A DNA stretch of 64,000 bases from positions 9,341 to 73,340 of the forward strand of contig JBKOZO010000073.1 in the NCBI GenBank assembly GCA_046725935.1, in the 5' to 3' direction. A program made the position numbers and the translations under genes. The notes under the pieces are model-generated. The model was not told the DNA's origin. It was given only the letters and a program-made list of their open reading frames with translations, and searched no databases. The DNA is from Acidobacteriota bacterium. Its GTDB lineage: Bacteria > Acidobacteriota > Thermoanaerobaculia > UBA5066 > Gp7-AA6. This document shows, one piece after another, positions 38,788 to 46,186 of the stretch (positions within the stretch are counted from its first letter, which is position 1; every line of letters starts with the position of its first letter).

Positions 38788-38829
38788 CAGAAACGATGCG
38801 CTAGTGAAGCTCCTTGTCCTGGAACTGTC

Positions 38830-39465
38830 CTACAGCGCCGGTTCGACGAGCGTGGCCTTGAAGCCGTGCTCCCCCTTCAGGTAGGTGACCTTGACGCGCT
38901 GTCCGACCGCGAGGTTGGCGGCCTTCATGGACACGTTCTCATCCAGATCGAACGTGTAGTCTTTGTCGCCCGGGCCCGTCACCTTGATCTTCTTTCCGGG
39001 CTCGTACTCTTTGACCGTGCCGACGACCACTTCGGACGTCGCCTTGGTGTTGGGTCCCGGTCCCGAGTGCTTCACGGTCGACTCGGAGTGAACGCGCGGA
39101 GCGCTCGCCGAAGCCTGCGCGCCCTTGGGAGCCTCCGAGAGAACGGTGACACGCTCGCGGCCGTCGTTGTCCTTGTAGTACTTGATCTTGGCCATCTGGC
39201 CGACGACGACGGAGCCTTCGAGCTTCGCGTTCTCGTCGAGATCGAAGCTGTAGTCCTTGCCGCCCGGGCCTTCGACCTTGATCTTCTTTCCGGGCTCGTA
39301 CTCCTTGACCGTACCGACGACCGTTTCGGTCTTCGTCTTCACGTCGGGGCCCGGCCCGGTCTTCTTGACCGTCGTCTCCGTGTGCTGCTTTTCCTGGCCG
39401 AGCGCGAATGCACCGCCGCCTACGGCCACGCAAAGAGCGATTGCCATACCGGTAATGCGTTTCAT
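38830..39465 (-). CDS. Secreted protein made of two ~90-aa tandem repeats, unknown family
   Basis: It has a signal peptide. The core VVGTVKEYEPGKKIKV(E/T)GPG(G/D)KDY(S/T)FDLDEN occurs twice. The DNA repeat is visible at about 38935-39030 versus 39228-39325. Confidence 0.7.
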   Translation of the reverse strand: MKRITGMAIALCVAVGGGAFALGQEKQHTETTVKKTGPGPDVKTKTETVVGTVKEYEPGKKIKVEGPGGKDYSFDLDENAKLEGSVVVGQMAKIKYYKDNDGRERVTVLSEAPKGAQASASAPRVHSESTVKHSGPGPNTKATSEVVVGTVKEYEPGKKIKVTGPGDKDYTFDLDENVSMKAANLAVGQRVKVTYLKGEHGFKATLVEPAL

Positions 39466-39510
39466 CTCAAATTCCTCCTGCGGCCCGGAAGTGGGCCTGC
39501 AAGCTTCTGT

Positions 39511-39526
39511 TTCAAGAAGCGTGCCG
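39511..39526 (-). promoter_or_regulatory. Candidate sigma-54 promoter for the tandem-repeat protein gene
   Basis: The coding strand reads CGGCACGcttcTTGAA, the same GA variant of -12 as at 20628. The 35-nt leader has SD AGGAGGA. Confidence 0.5.
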
Positions 39527-39546
39527 ACTCGATGAGAGCCAGCGGG

Positions 39547-39579
39547 AATAAAAAGCGCCGGCCCTGCTGGACCGGCGCC
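39547..39579 (-). terminator. Rho-independent terminator after the BON-domain gene
   Basis: The coding strand reads GCGCCGGTCC-agca-GGGCCGGCGC followed by TTTTTATT. Confidence 0.8.
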
Positions 39580-39600
39580 GGAGCGTCCGCGAAGTCGAAA

Positions 39601-40599
39601 CTAGATCGAGGACTTGCTCCGCGACCCGGAAGTCGAGGAGCTCGTCGAGCCCCTCGAGGACGAGCCCGAGATCGAACCCGACGTCGAGCTCTTCCCTTCC
39701 CGGCCGCCCTGCCGGTTCTCGATTCTCAGGCGGTTCTGGACCTGCTTGACGCCGGGGAGGTCCTCGGCGAGGTCCTCCGCGAGACGCTTGGACTCCCGAT
39801 CCGGAACCGTGCCCTCGAGCGTGACTTCACCCGAGAGGACGATGACCTCGATCTCCGACGCGTCGAGATCGCCATCACGAGAGAGCGCCTCGCTGACGTC
39901 CTCCTTGATGCGGTCGTCGGAGCGCTGATAGCCCTTGGGCCCCTTGCCCGTGAAACGGCCCCGCGTGAAGCCCTGCCCCGGGCGTCCGGAGGAGCGGCCC
40001 GATTCGAACGACCGGTCGTAGCCGTCGAAACGGTCGGAAGGACGCCACTGCTCCTCGCCGGAGCCGACGCCCGACGAACGGCCGAATCCGGTGGAACGCT
40101 CCGACTCCGACCCGTGCGAAGAAACCCGCCGGCCGGAGCCGTAGGACCCGCTCGAACCGTAGGAAGGCGGGCCTCCCGAGTACTCCGCCCGACCCGACCC
40201 GTAGGAGCGGGATTCCCGGGGGTCGCCTTCCCACGTACCGCGACCCTCGCCGTAACCCTGGCTCGACCCATACCGTCCGTACTGCTGGTTCATTCCATAG
40301 CGGCCGTACGACGGGGACTCCTGGCCGCGGCCCTCGCCGCCCTCGTAAGGCTCGCCGTCGGCCTGCGAGTAGCCGCGTCCCTGTCCGCGCGAGCCCTCGT
40401 ACGACGATGAGCCCTGGCTGAAGCGGCCCTGACCCTGCTCCCCCCAGCGCTCCTGCTCGAAGGGCTCGCGGTACTCGGCGTCGCGCCGTCCCTCGTAACC
40501 CCGGCCGGAGCGTTCGCGATTTCCGAATCTGCCCTGCTCTTGTTCAAACTCGCCGCGATTCCACCTCGGTTCTCCTCCTCGAAAACGATCGGAACTCAT
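39601..40599 (-). CDS. BON-domain protein with long Gly/Ser/Tyr/Arg/Glu-rich disordered N-terminus and Ser-rich tail
   Basis: It has SD AAGGAG before MSSDRF. About 230 aa are low-complexity (GRYG, SYGS and GRG repeats). A BON domain follows (IKEDVSEAL...GEVTLEGTVP...LPGVKQVQNRLRI). Confidence 0.8.
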   Translation of the reverse strand: MSSDRFRGGEPRWNRGEFEQEQGRFGNRERSGRGYEGRRDAEYREPFEQERWGEQGQGRFSQGSSSYEGSRGQGRGYSQADGEPYEGGEGRGQESPSYGRYGMNQQYGRYGSSQGYGEGRGTWEGDPRESRSYGSGRAEYSGGPPSYGSSGSYGSGRRVSSHGSESERSTGFGRSSGVGSGEEQWRPSDRFDGYDRSFESGRSSGRPGQGFTRGRFTGKGPKGYQRSDDRIKEDVSEALSRDGDLDASEIEVIVLSGEVTLEGTVPDRESKRLAEDLAEDLPGVKQVQNRLRIENRQGGREGKSSTSGSISGSSSRGSTSSSTSGSRSKSSI

Positions 40600-40652
40600 A
40601 GGGACTCCTTGAAAACGAGAATTGCGAGACACCATGTCTCGCGAGTCGAAAT

Positions 40653-40668
40653 TGCAATCGGCGTGCCG
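40653..40668 (-). promoter_or_regulatory. Candidate sigma-54 promoter for the BON-domain gene
   Basis: The coding strand reads CGGCACGccgaTTGCA, a perfect core match. The predicted TSS at about 40642 coincides with the first base of an 8-bp hairpin (40624-40642, gcgagaca-cca-tgtctcgc). Confidence 0.7.
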
Positions 40669-40675
40669 CCGGAGC

Positions 40676-41386
40676 TCAGTGCGTCGGCGAAGCGAAGCCG
40701 AGCATCCGGGCGATCTCGTCGCGCCGCGTCATGAGCGACGCGCGTCCGTCCGCGCCGTCGACTTCCCTGCGGTACGACTCGTCGGTGTCGTAGCGATGGA
40801 GCTGATAGAGGCACTCGAGGCCCTTGTCGATGATTCCCTGCTCGAGAGCCTCGGTGGAGAGGCGGGAGGCGCCGTTGATCGCGGCCACGACGCGGCGTGA
40901 TTCGCGCTCGGAGGCGACGAACGCCACCGCCTGCCCGAAACTGTTGCGAAGGATGTTGCCCCGCTTCTCGTCCACGGTCCAGGGCTCGCTCGGACGAGGC
41001 TGCCGCGCGGGGTCCGGATTGGCCTCTTGGAGGATTCGTTCGATGAGGTCCTTGAGCTTTTCGGCGTTGACCGGTTTTGCGAGAAAAGAGTTCGGTGCGA
41101 TGTTCAGGCCCTCGTTCACCATTCCCGAGAGCACGATCACGGGGATCATCAGCAGCAGGGGATCGGACTCGCGAAGCGTCAAAAACTCGGTGCCGCTCAG
41201 GATCGGCATGTCGAGGTCGAGCAGAATCAGGTCGGGCCGCTTGCCGTTTCGGATCTTCTGGAGCGCATCGGCCCCGTTGACGGCGCCGGTCGCCTCGTAC
41301 CCTTCCGACTCCAGGAGCTCGAGCAGGATCTTCAGCGAGCTCTCGTCGTTCTCGGCAACAAGAATCCGGGGTTTCGAGCGACTCAT
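40676..41386 (-). CDS. Orphan response regulator: receiver domain plus ~110-aa C-terminal domain of unknown type
   Basis: It starts MSRSKPRILVAENDE and has DLILLDLDMP and the LAKP lysine. I recognise no motif in the C-terminal half. Confidence 0.78.
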   Translation of the reverse strand: MSRSKPRILVAENDESSLKILLELLESEGYEATGAVNGADALQKIRNGKRPDLILLDLDMPILSGTEFLTLRESDPLLLMIPVIVLSGMVNEGLNIAPNSFLAKPVNAEKLKDLIERILQEANPDPARQPRPSEPWTVDEKRGNILRNSFGQAVAFVASERESRRVVAAINGASRLSTEALEQGIIDKGLECLYQLHRYDTDESYRREVDGADGRASLMTRRDEIARMLGFASPTH

Positions 41387-41427
41387 CAGACCCCCTTGGG
41401 CAAAAAGAACCCCTCGCGTAGGGCAAG

Positions 41428-41443
41428 AGCAAGATCTGTACCG
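41428..41443 (-). promoter_or_regulatory. Candidate sigma-54 promoter for the orphan response regulator gene
   Basis: The coding strand reads CGGTACAgatcTTGCT with exact spacing. The 31-nt leader has SD AAGGGGG. Confidence 0.5.
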
Positions 41444-41546
41444 TGGCTCCCGGGGACCCCAAGGCCCCCGGACCCTGACTTCAGGTCGGGGCGGAGGAAA
41501 GGCTGGTGGGCCTGATAGGCTCCGCCCCACTGATAAGGGGACCGTG

Positions 41547-42923
41547 ATGGACAAGCGAACCGTCCGCACTCTTGGGCTGTCCGTGTGCAGTTGCCTGGGC
41601 CTCGCCGCCAGTCTCTTCGCGCAGAACCCGCACCCGATCATCCAGCCACCGGGCTTCACGCTGACTCTTCCCAACTACCTCATGACTCCGATCGGCCAGG
41701 TCGCCGGCCTCGAGGGAGGAGCGTTCGTGGCGCGCGCAAACGATGCGTCGTCCAACTGGTACAACCCGGCCGGCCTCGCGCTGGCCCACGAGTCTTCGGT
41801 CAGCAGCAGCGCGGGGAGCTATCAACTCCTGAGCGTCGTTCCGAAGGATCTCCAGAGCGAAGATTCCGGAGGATCCTCGCAGCAGGTCCCGGCGCTCGTC
41901 GGCGTCGTGGTGAAGAAGCTCTTCCCGGACACACGTTGGACCGCCGGCTTTTCGGCGGTCCGGACCAACTCGTGGGAGCAGGAGACCGACGCTCAGATCG
42001 ACCAGCTGGCGCTGCCGCCGGCGCGGCTCCGGTCCTACTCGGCGGATTCGCAGTTCCGGCGCAACGAGTTCAGCCTCGGAATGGGATTCGGGGACAAGGG
42101 ACCATGGCGATTCGGCGCGGCGCTGTCGGTCGCCAACACGAGCGTCTCGGCGGTCGGATCGATCGGCGACCAGGTCCTCACGCCCACAGGGCTCAACGCG
42201 GCCCTCGCGGACCGCAGGGTCAGCGGCAACATCACGCAGCTGCGGCTCGCGGGCGGTGTCCAGTACCAGATGACGCCGGAGATCCTTCTCGGCGCGCTCG
42301 TCCGCACTCCGGGATTGAGGTTGTTCCGCAGCGGCGAGTTCGGTTACGACGCGGTCGAGACCGCGGGCGGCACGACGGCGAGCCTGGCCTTCTTCGACCC
42401 CCAACCCACGTTCAACTACAAGCTCCCCTTCCAGGCCACGGCGGGCGCTGCGTGGGTCTGCAACCGGTTTCAGCTCGAAGTCGACGTGTCGTTCTTCTCC
42501 GGCACCTCGGCCTACGACCTCTTTTCGAGCCAGAAGACCGCGACGTCGATCTTCGACGACGGCCATGGAGGTCCGCCCGTCGTCGGGCAGGTCCCCTTCG
42601 TCCCGGTCATCTCGGATAACCGCGCGGTCGTCAACGTCGCCCTCGGCGGCAGCTACGCGCTGACGGCGAATCAGGTGTGGGTCCTCCACTACGGTTTCCA
42701 TACCGACTTCTCCCCGGTCGGCGACCAGGACGAGTTCTTCAGCAAAGTGGACCTCTACAGCTTTACCCTGGGCGTGAGCGGCTCGGTCGGAGGATTCACC
42801 GCGGCCGTCGGCGTGAACTACCAGTTCGGCGACGCCAACAACGTCCCGCTGGCCGACATCCTCGATTCCGACATCACGATCAAATCGTTCGCGATCATCT
42901 ACTCGGTGGCGTACCGGTTCTAG
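41547..42923 (+). CDS. Outer-membrane beta-barrel protein (FadL/porin-like, unassigned)
   Basis: It has a signal peptide ending SLFAQ and alternating beta-strand patterns. The C-terminal YSVAYRF aromatic terminus is typical of OMPs. Confidence 0.62.
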   Translation: MDKRTVRTLGLSVCSCLGLAASLFAQNPHPIIQPPGFTLTLPNYLMTPIGQVAGLEGGAFVARANDASSNWYNPAGLALAHESSVSSSAGSYQLLSVVPKDLQSEDSGGSSQQVPALVGVVVKKLFPDTRWTAGFSAVRTNSWEQETDAQIDQLALPPARLRSYSADSQFRRNEFSLGMGFGDKGPWRFGAALSVANTSVSAVGSIGDQVLTPTGLNAALADRRVSGNITQLRLAGGVQYQMTPEILLGALVRTPGLRLFRSGEFGYDAVETAGGTTASLAFFDPQPTFNYKLPFQATAGAAWVCNRFQLEVDVSFFSGTSAYDLFSSQKTATSIFDDGHGGPPVVGQVPFVPVISDNRAVVNVALGGSYALTANQVWVLHYGFHTDFSPVGDQDEFFSKVDLYSFTLGVSGSVGGFTAAVGVNYQFGDANNVPLADILDSDITIKSFAIIYSVAYRF

Positions 42924-42958
42924 TGCGGCGCGACGTGGCCGCAACGCCGCTCAGTGTT

Positions 42959-43687
42959 CTACCGCCTTCTCGACATGACGATCGCGCGGGGCGACGATTC
43001 GTTCCACGGCCGCCCCGCGTAGTCTCCGTCAAGTGACCGGACGTCGAATCCCGCCGACGTCAGCATCGCCGCGAGCTCGGCCGGCTCGAACAGCCGGACG
43101 CGCTCGTGAAACTCGCCGCCGCTGTCCTCCATCCGGATGGTCTTGAGCACGAAGTGCCCGGTCTCGGAGATCCGGCGCAGCTGGCGCACCCACTGGCCGC
43201 CGATCTGCCGGCGTTCGAACGGGACGAGGGCGCGCCGCGTCTGCGGAGCGTTGAGGAAATCGAGCACGAGCCACCCGCCGGGTTCGGTGACCCGGGCGAT
43301 CTCCTCGAGGACGTGCGCGTTCTCGGCGTCGTCGCGAAAATAGCCGAAGCTCGTCAAGAGGCTCACCACGAGATTGAAGCTGCCGTCGCGAAACGGCAGC
43401 GCTCGCATGTCGGCGCGGGACAGCGGCGCCTCCGGGCTCTTCTCGCGGGCGACTCCCAGGAGCCACGGCGAGAGGTCGAGGCCGATCGCTTTCTGCAACC
43501 GGCCGAGATAGCGCAGATGGCGGCCCGCGCCGCATCCGAGGTCCAGCGTCCGTCCGCCGGCGATGCCGGGAAGACGTTTCGCGATCAGATCTACCACCGA
43601 GAATGCCTCTTCTGCGCTCCGGTGGGCATAGAGCTTCAGGTGGTTGAACCAGTCCGCAAACCATTGATCCGGAATATGTTCTGACAT
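42959..43687 (-). CDS. Class I SAM-dependent methyltransferase
   Basis: Motif I is TLDLGCGAGRH. The start at MSEHIP is preferred. Confidence 0.82.
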   Translation of the reverse strand: MSEHIPDQWFADWFNHLKLYAHRSAEEAFSVVDLIAKRLPGIAGGRTLDLGCGAGRHLRYLGRLQKAIGLDLSPWLLGVAREKSPEAPLSRADMRALPFRDGSFNLVVSLLTSFGYFRDDAENAHVLEEIARVTEPGGWLVLDFLNAPQTRRALVPFERRQIGGQWVRQLRRISETGHFVLKTIRMEDSGGEFHERVRLFEPAELAAMLTSAGFDVRSLDGDYAGRPWNESSPRAIVMSRRR

Positions 43688-43715
43688 GGCGCCACAACTC
43701 AATTTCGTGCTACAC

Positions 43716-43736
43716 TACGTATTCTGAAATACAGTA
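43716..43736. promoter_or_regulatory. AT-rich imperfect palindrome in the methyltransferase/TetR divergent spacer (candidate TetR operator)
   Basis: The sequence is tacGTATTctgaAATACagta. It lies in the only strongly AT-rich 55-bp spacer of this neighbourhood. Confidence 0.4.
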
Positions 43737-43742
43737 TGTAGC

Positions 43743-44381
43743 ATGAAATCCCGCAAGTCAAGCAAGCGAGAGAAGCGCGCCTACCGGCAGTCTCTCCGCG
43801 CCGAGGCGGCCATGGCGACCCGCCACCGAATCCTCGAAGTCACGCGCGCGGCCCTCTCGAAGATGCCGCTCGAGAACGTGGGACTGGAGGAAGTCGCCTC
43901 GCGCGCGCGAGTCGCGCGGTCGACGATCTACAAGATCTTCGGCTCGCGAGCAGGACTGATGGTGGCCGTCGCCGAGGACCTCCTCCGGCGAGGCGGATTC
44001 GATCAGCTCGGCCGCGCCTTCCGGCACCCCGATCCGCGTGTCGCGCTCGAGTCGAGCCTGCGGGAAGGCGTCCGGCTGTATGCCGAGCAGCATGCGGTCG
44101 GACGAGCGATCCTGGTCCTCGCGGCGCTGGATCCCGAAGTCGCCCACGGAGCCGCGCGGCTGGAATTCGGGCGCAAAGAAGGCATGGCGGACCTGGCCCG
44201 CCGGTTGAACGAAAAGGGCGAGTTGCGCGCCGGAGTTTCCGAAGCAGAGGCGGCCGACATCCTGTGGGTCCTGACCAGCTTCGACACATTCAGCCAGCTC
44301 TTCTTCGGCCGGGATCTCGGCGTCGAGGAGACGGCCTCGCGGCTGATCGCTATGGCCACCCGTTCCATCTGCCGCGACTGA
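43743..44381 (+). CDS. TetR/AcrR-family transcriptional regulator
   Basis: The N-terminal HTH is LEEVASRARVARSTIYKIFGSRAGL. Confidence 0.88.
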   Translation: MKSRKSSKREKRAYRQSLRAEAAMATRHRILEVTRAALSKMPLENVGLEEVASRARVARSTIYKIFGSRAGLMVAVAEDLLRRGGFDQLGRAFRHPDPRVALESSLREGVRLYAEQHAVGRAILVLAALDPEVAHGAARLEFGRKEGMADLARRLNEKGELRAGVSEAEAADILWVLTSFDTFSQLFFGRDLGVEETASRLIAMATRSICRD

Positions 44382-44435
44382 AAAGACGAAGGCCCGGGAG
44401 CAACGCCCCCGGGCCCCCGCGAGACAGTCGGACCT

Positions 44436-46073
44436 CTAGTCTCCCCCGCCGTGATCGCCCTTCCTGTCGCCCTGCAGGATCTCCCACGTCACGTTGTCGC
44501 CGTGCTGCTGCGTGTAGAAGGCCCTCCAGCCGCCGTGGAAGGGATGCGGTTCCTGCGCGCCGAGGATCCCGTTGGTCTTCGGATTGCCGTCGGACACGTG
44601 GAAGCCTGTGATCTCGTTGTCGCCGTCATTCTGGAAACCGTTCCCGGGCGCCCCGGCGAGGAGCCCGGAGTCGATCGTCGCCGACGCGTCGCGCCCCAGC
44701 GCGATCAGGCGGAACGGCTGGTGGTTCGGGTTCGAGTAGTCCGCACGAGTGTCGAAGAGCCATCCGGAGTCGAAGGCGTTGTGCGCGGTGTGGAGACCGT
44801 CGCCCCGATCTTCGACGAAGACGACCCGGTCCTTGTCCCAGAACCCGACGTTGTCGAACGCGGTGTGGTCGAGGTCGCCGCGGAAGAAGAGCGAGAGTGT
44901 CCCCGAGTCGGCCGACGGATTCGACTGCGTCAGTTTGAAGAGGGCGCCGAACCCGCCGAACGTGGATCCGGCCTCGGTCCCGGCGTCGGTGTCGCCGGTC
45001 GCGTCGAAGAAGAACTCGCGAAACTGCCGGCCGGGCCGGAACTGGCCGTTCTCGGGACGCTTGAACGGCGTGGCTCCCTTGGCTTTGGCCAGAGCGTTGG
45101 CGTCGAAGGGCGCGGTGCCGTCGTGGTCGGTGTCGTGGACCGTAATCCAGTTCGTCTTGAACTGGTTTCCGTACGTGTGCAGGTCCTTCTGGTTCTGCGA
45201 GAGGATGTCTCCGTCGGCGTCCCCGGAGTGGAACACGATCGGGTCGCAGGGCTGCGAGCCGAGCCGGCAGACCTGGAGGGCCTGCAGCTTCCCGCCCTTG
45301 GTCAGGTCGAACTTGTCCTTCGGCACGAAGCGGTAGATGAAGCTGTTCGGCTGGCGGGCGTGCGAGTTGACCGTCCCCTTCGCGCCGCCGACGTCTTCGG
45401 CGATCCAGAGGTTGCCGTCGGAGTCGTTCTGGATGCCCTCGTAGCCGCCGCGGCCCAGGATACCGGAGATGTCCTCCACGGTCGGCGGGAACTCGAGCGT
45501 CGACTGCCACACGCCGCCGGCGTTGCCGCGCTCCGCGGTGAACAGCAGCCGCTGGGCCCACGGATCCCAGGTCGAGCCGTCGAACACGGGCAGCGCGTTG
45601 CCGAGAAAGTCTTGGGAGGCGAACAGCGTCACGCGATGCGCCGCGTCGGCATCGAGGTTGACGCGCGTGACGTAGCCCTGCGCGCCGGCTTCGTGGCCCT
45701 GGAAGAGGAAGTGCGTTCCGTAGTCGTAATCCGGATCGGGACCGCCTTGATGATCGACCACCAGGTAGGTGTTCTTGTCCGGCTCGGTCTTGGACGCTTC
45801 GACGTTGTGGACGGTGGTCTGCACATCGCCCGGAGCGGGAGAGTGAGGACCGTTCCCGTCGTAGCCGTAGAACGCGAGCGTCGCCGTGCCGTTCTCCAGA
45901 GGCTGAGAGCCCTGAACGACGGGGCTCTCGATCAAGCCGGACGCCAGCGCGTTGGGCGCCGCGTTCCCGGTGACCTTCGGGACGGCCGCCGGTTGCGCCG
46001 TCGCCGCGGACCCGACGACTAACGCGGCCAAACCCATTCCGATTCGCCTCTTCCAGATCCCTGCACCAATCAT
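44436..46073 (-). CDS. Secreted beta-propeller protein (DUF839/PhoX-like or phytase-like esterase family)
   Basis: It has SD GGAGGG before MIGAGIWKRRIG and a signal peptide. Motifs GGYEGIQNDSDGNLWIAEDVGG and ATPFKRPENGQF are present. The canonical PhoX NCAGG motif was not seen. Confidence 0.55.
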   Translation of the reverse strand: MIGAGIWKRRIGMGLAALVVGSAATAQPAAVPKVTGNAAPNALASGLIESPVVQGSQPLENGTATLAFYGYDGNGPHSPAPGDVQTTVHNVEASKTEPDKNTYLVVDHQGGPDPDYDYGTHFLFQGHEAGAQGYVTRVNLDADAAHRVTLFASQDFLGNALPVFDGSTWDPWAQRLLFTAERGNAGGVWQSTLEFPPTVEDISGILGRGGYEGIQNDSDGNLWIAEDVGGAKGTVNSHARQPNSFIYRFVPKDKFDLTKGGKLQALQVCRLGSQPCDPIVFHSGDADGDILSQNQKDLHTYGNQFKTNWITVHDTDHDGTAPFDANALAKAKGATPFKRPENGQFRPGRQFREFFFDATGDTDAGTEAGSTFGGFGALFKLTQSNPSADSGTLSLFFRGDLDHTAFDNVGFWDKDRVVFVEDRGDGLHTAHNAFDSGWLFDTRADYSNPNHQPFRLIALGRDASATIDSGLLAGAPGNGFQNDGDNEITGFHVSDGNPKTNGILGAQEPHPFHGGWRAFYTQQHGDNVTWEILQGDRKGDHGGGD

Positions 46074-46186
46074 GTGCCCTCCATCGGTTCGCCACCTGGC
46101 GGTCCCGCACCATCGCGGGGAGGGCAGCGTAGAAGCGCGGTGTTTCGTGATCTTGAAGAGCATGTGATTTTCGCGCGCACTTCGCC

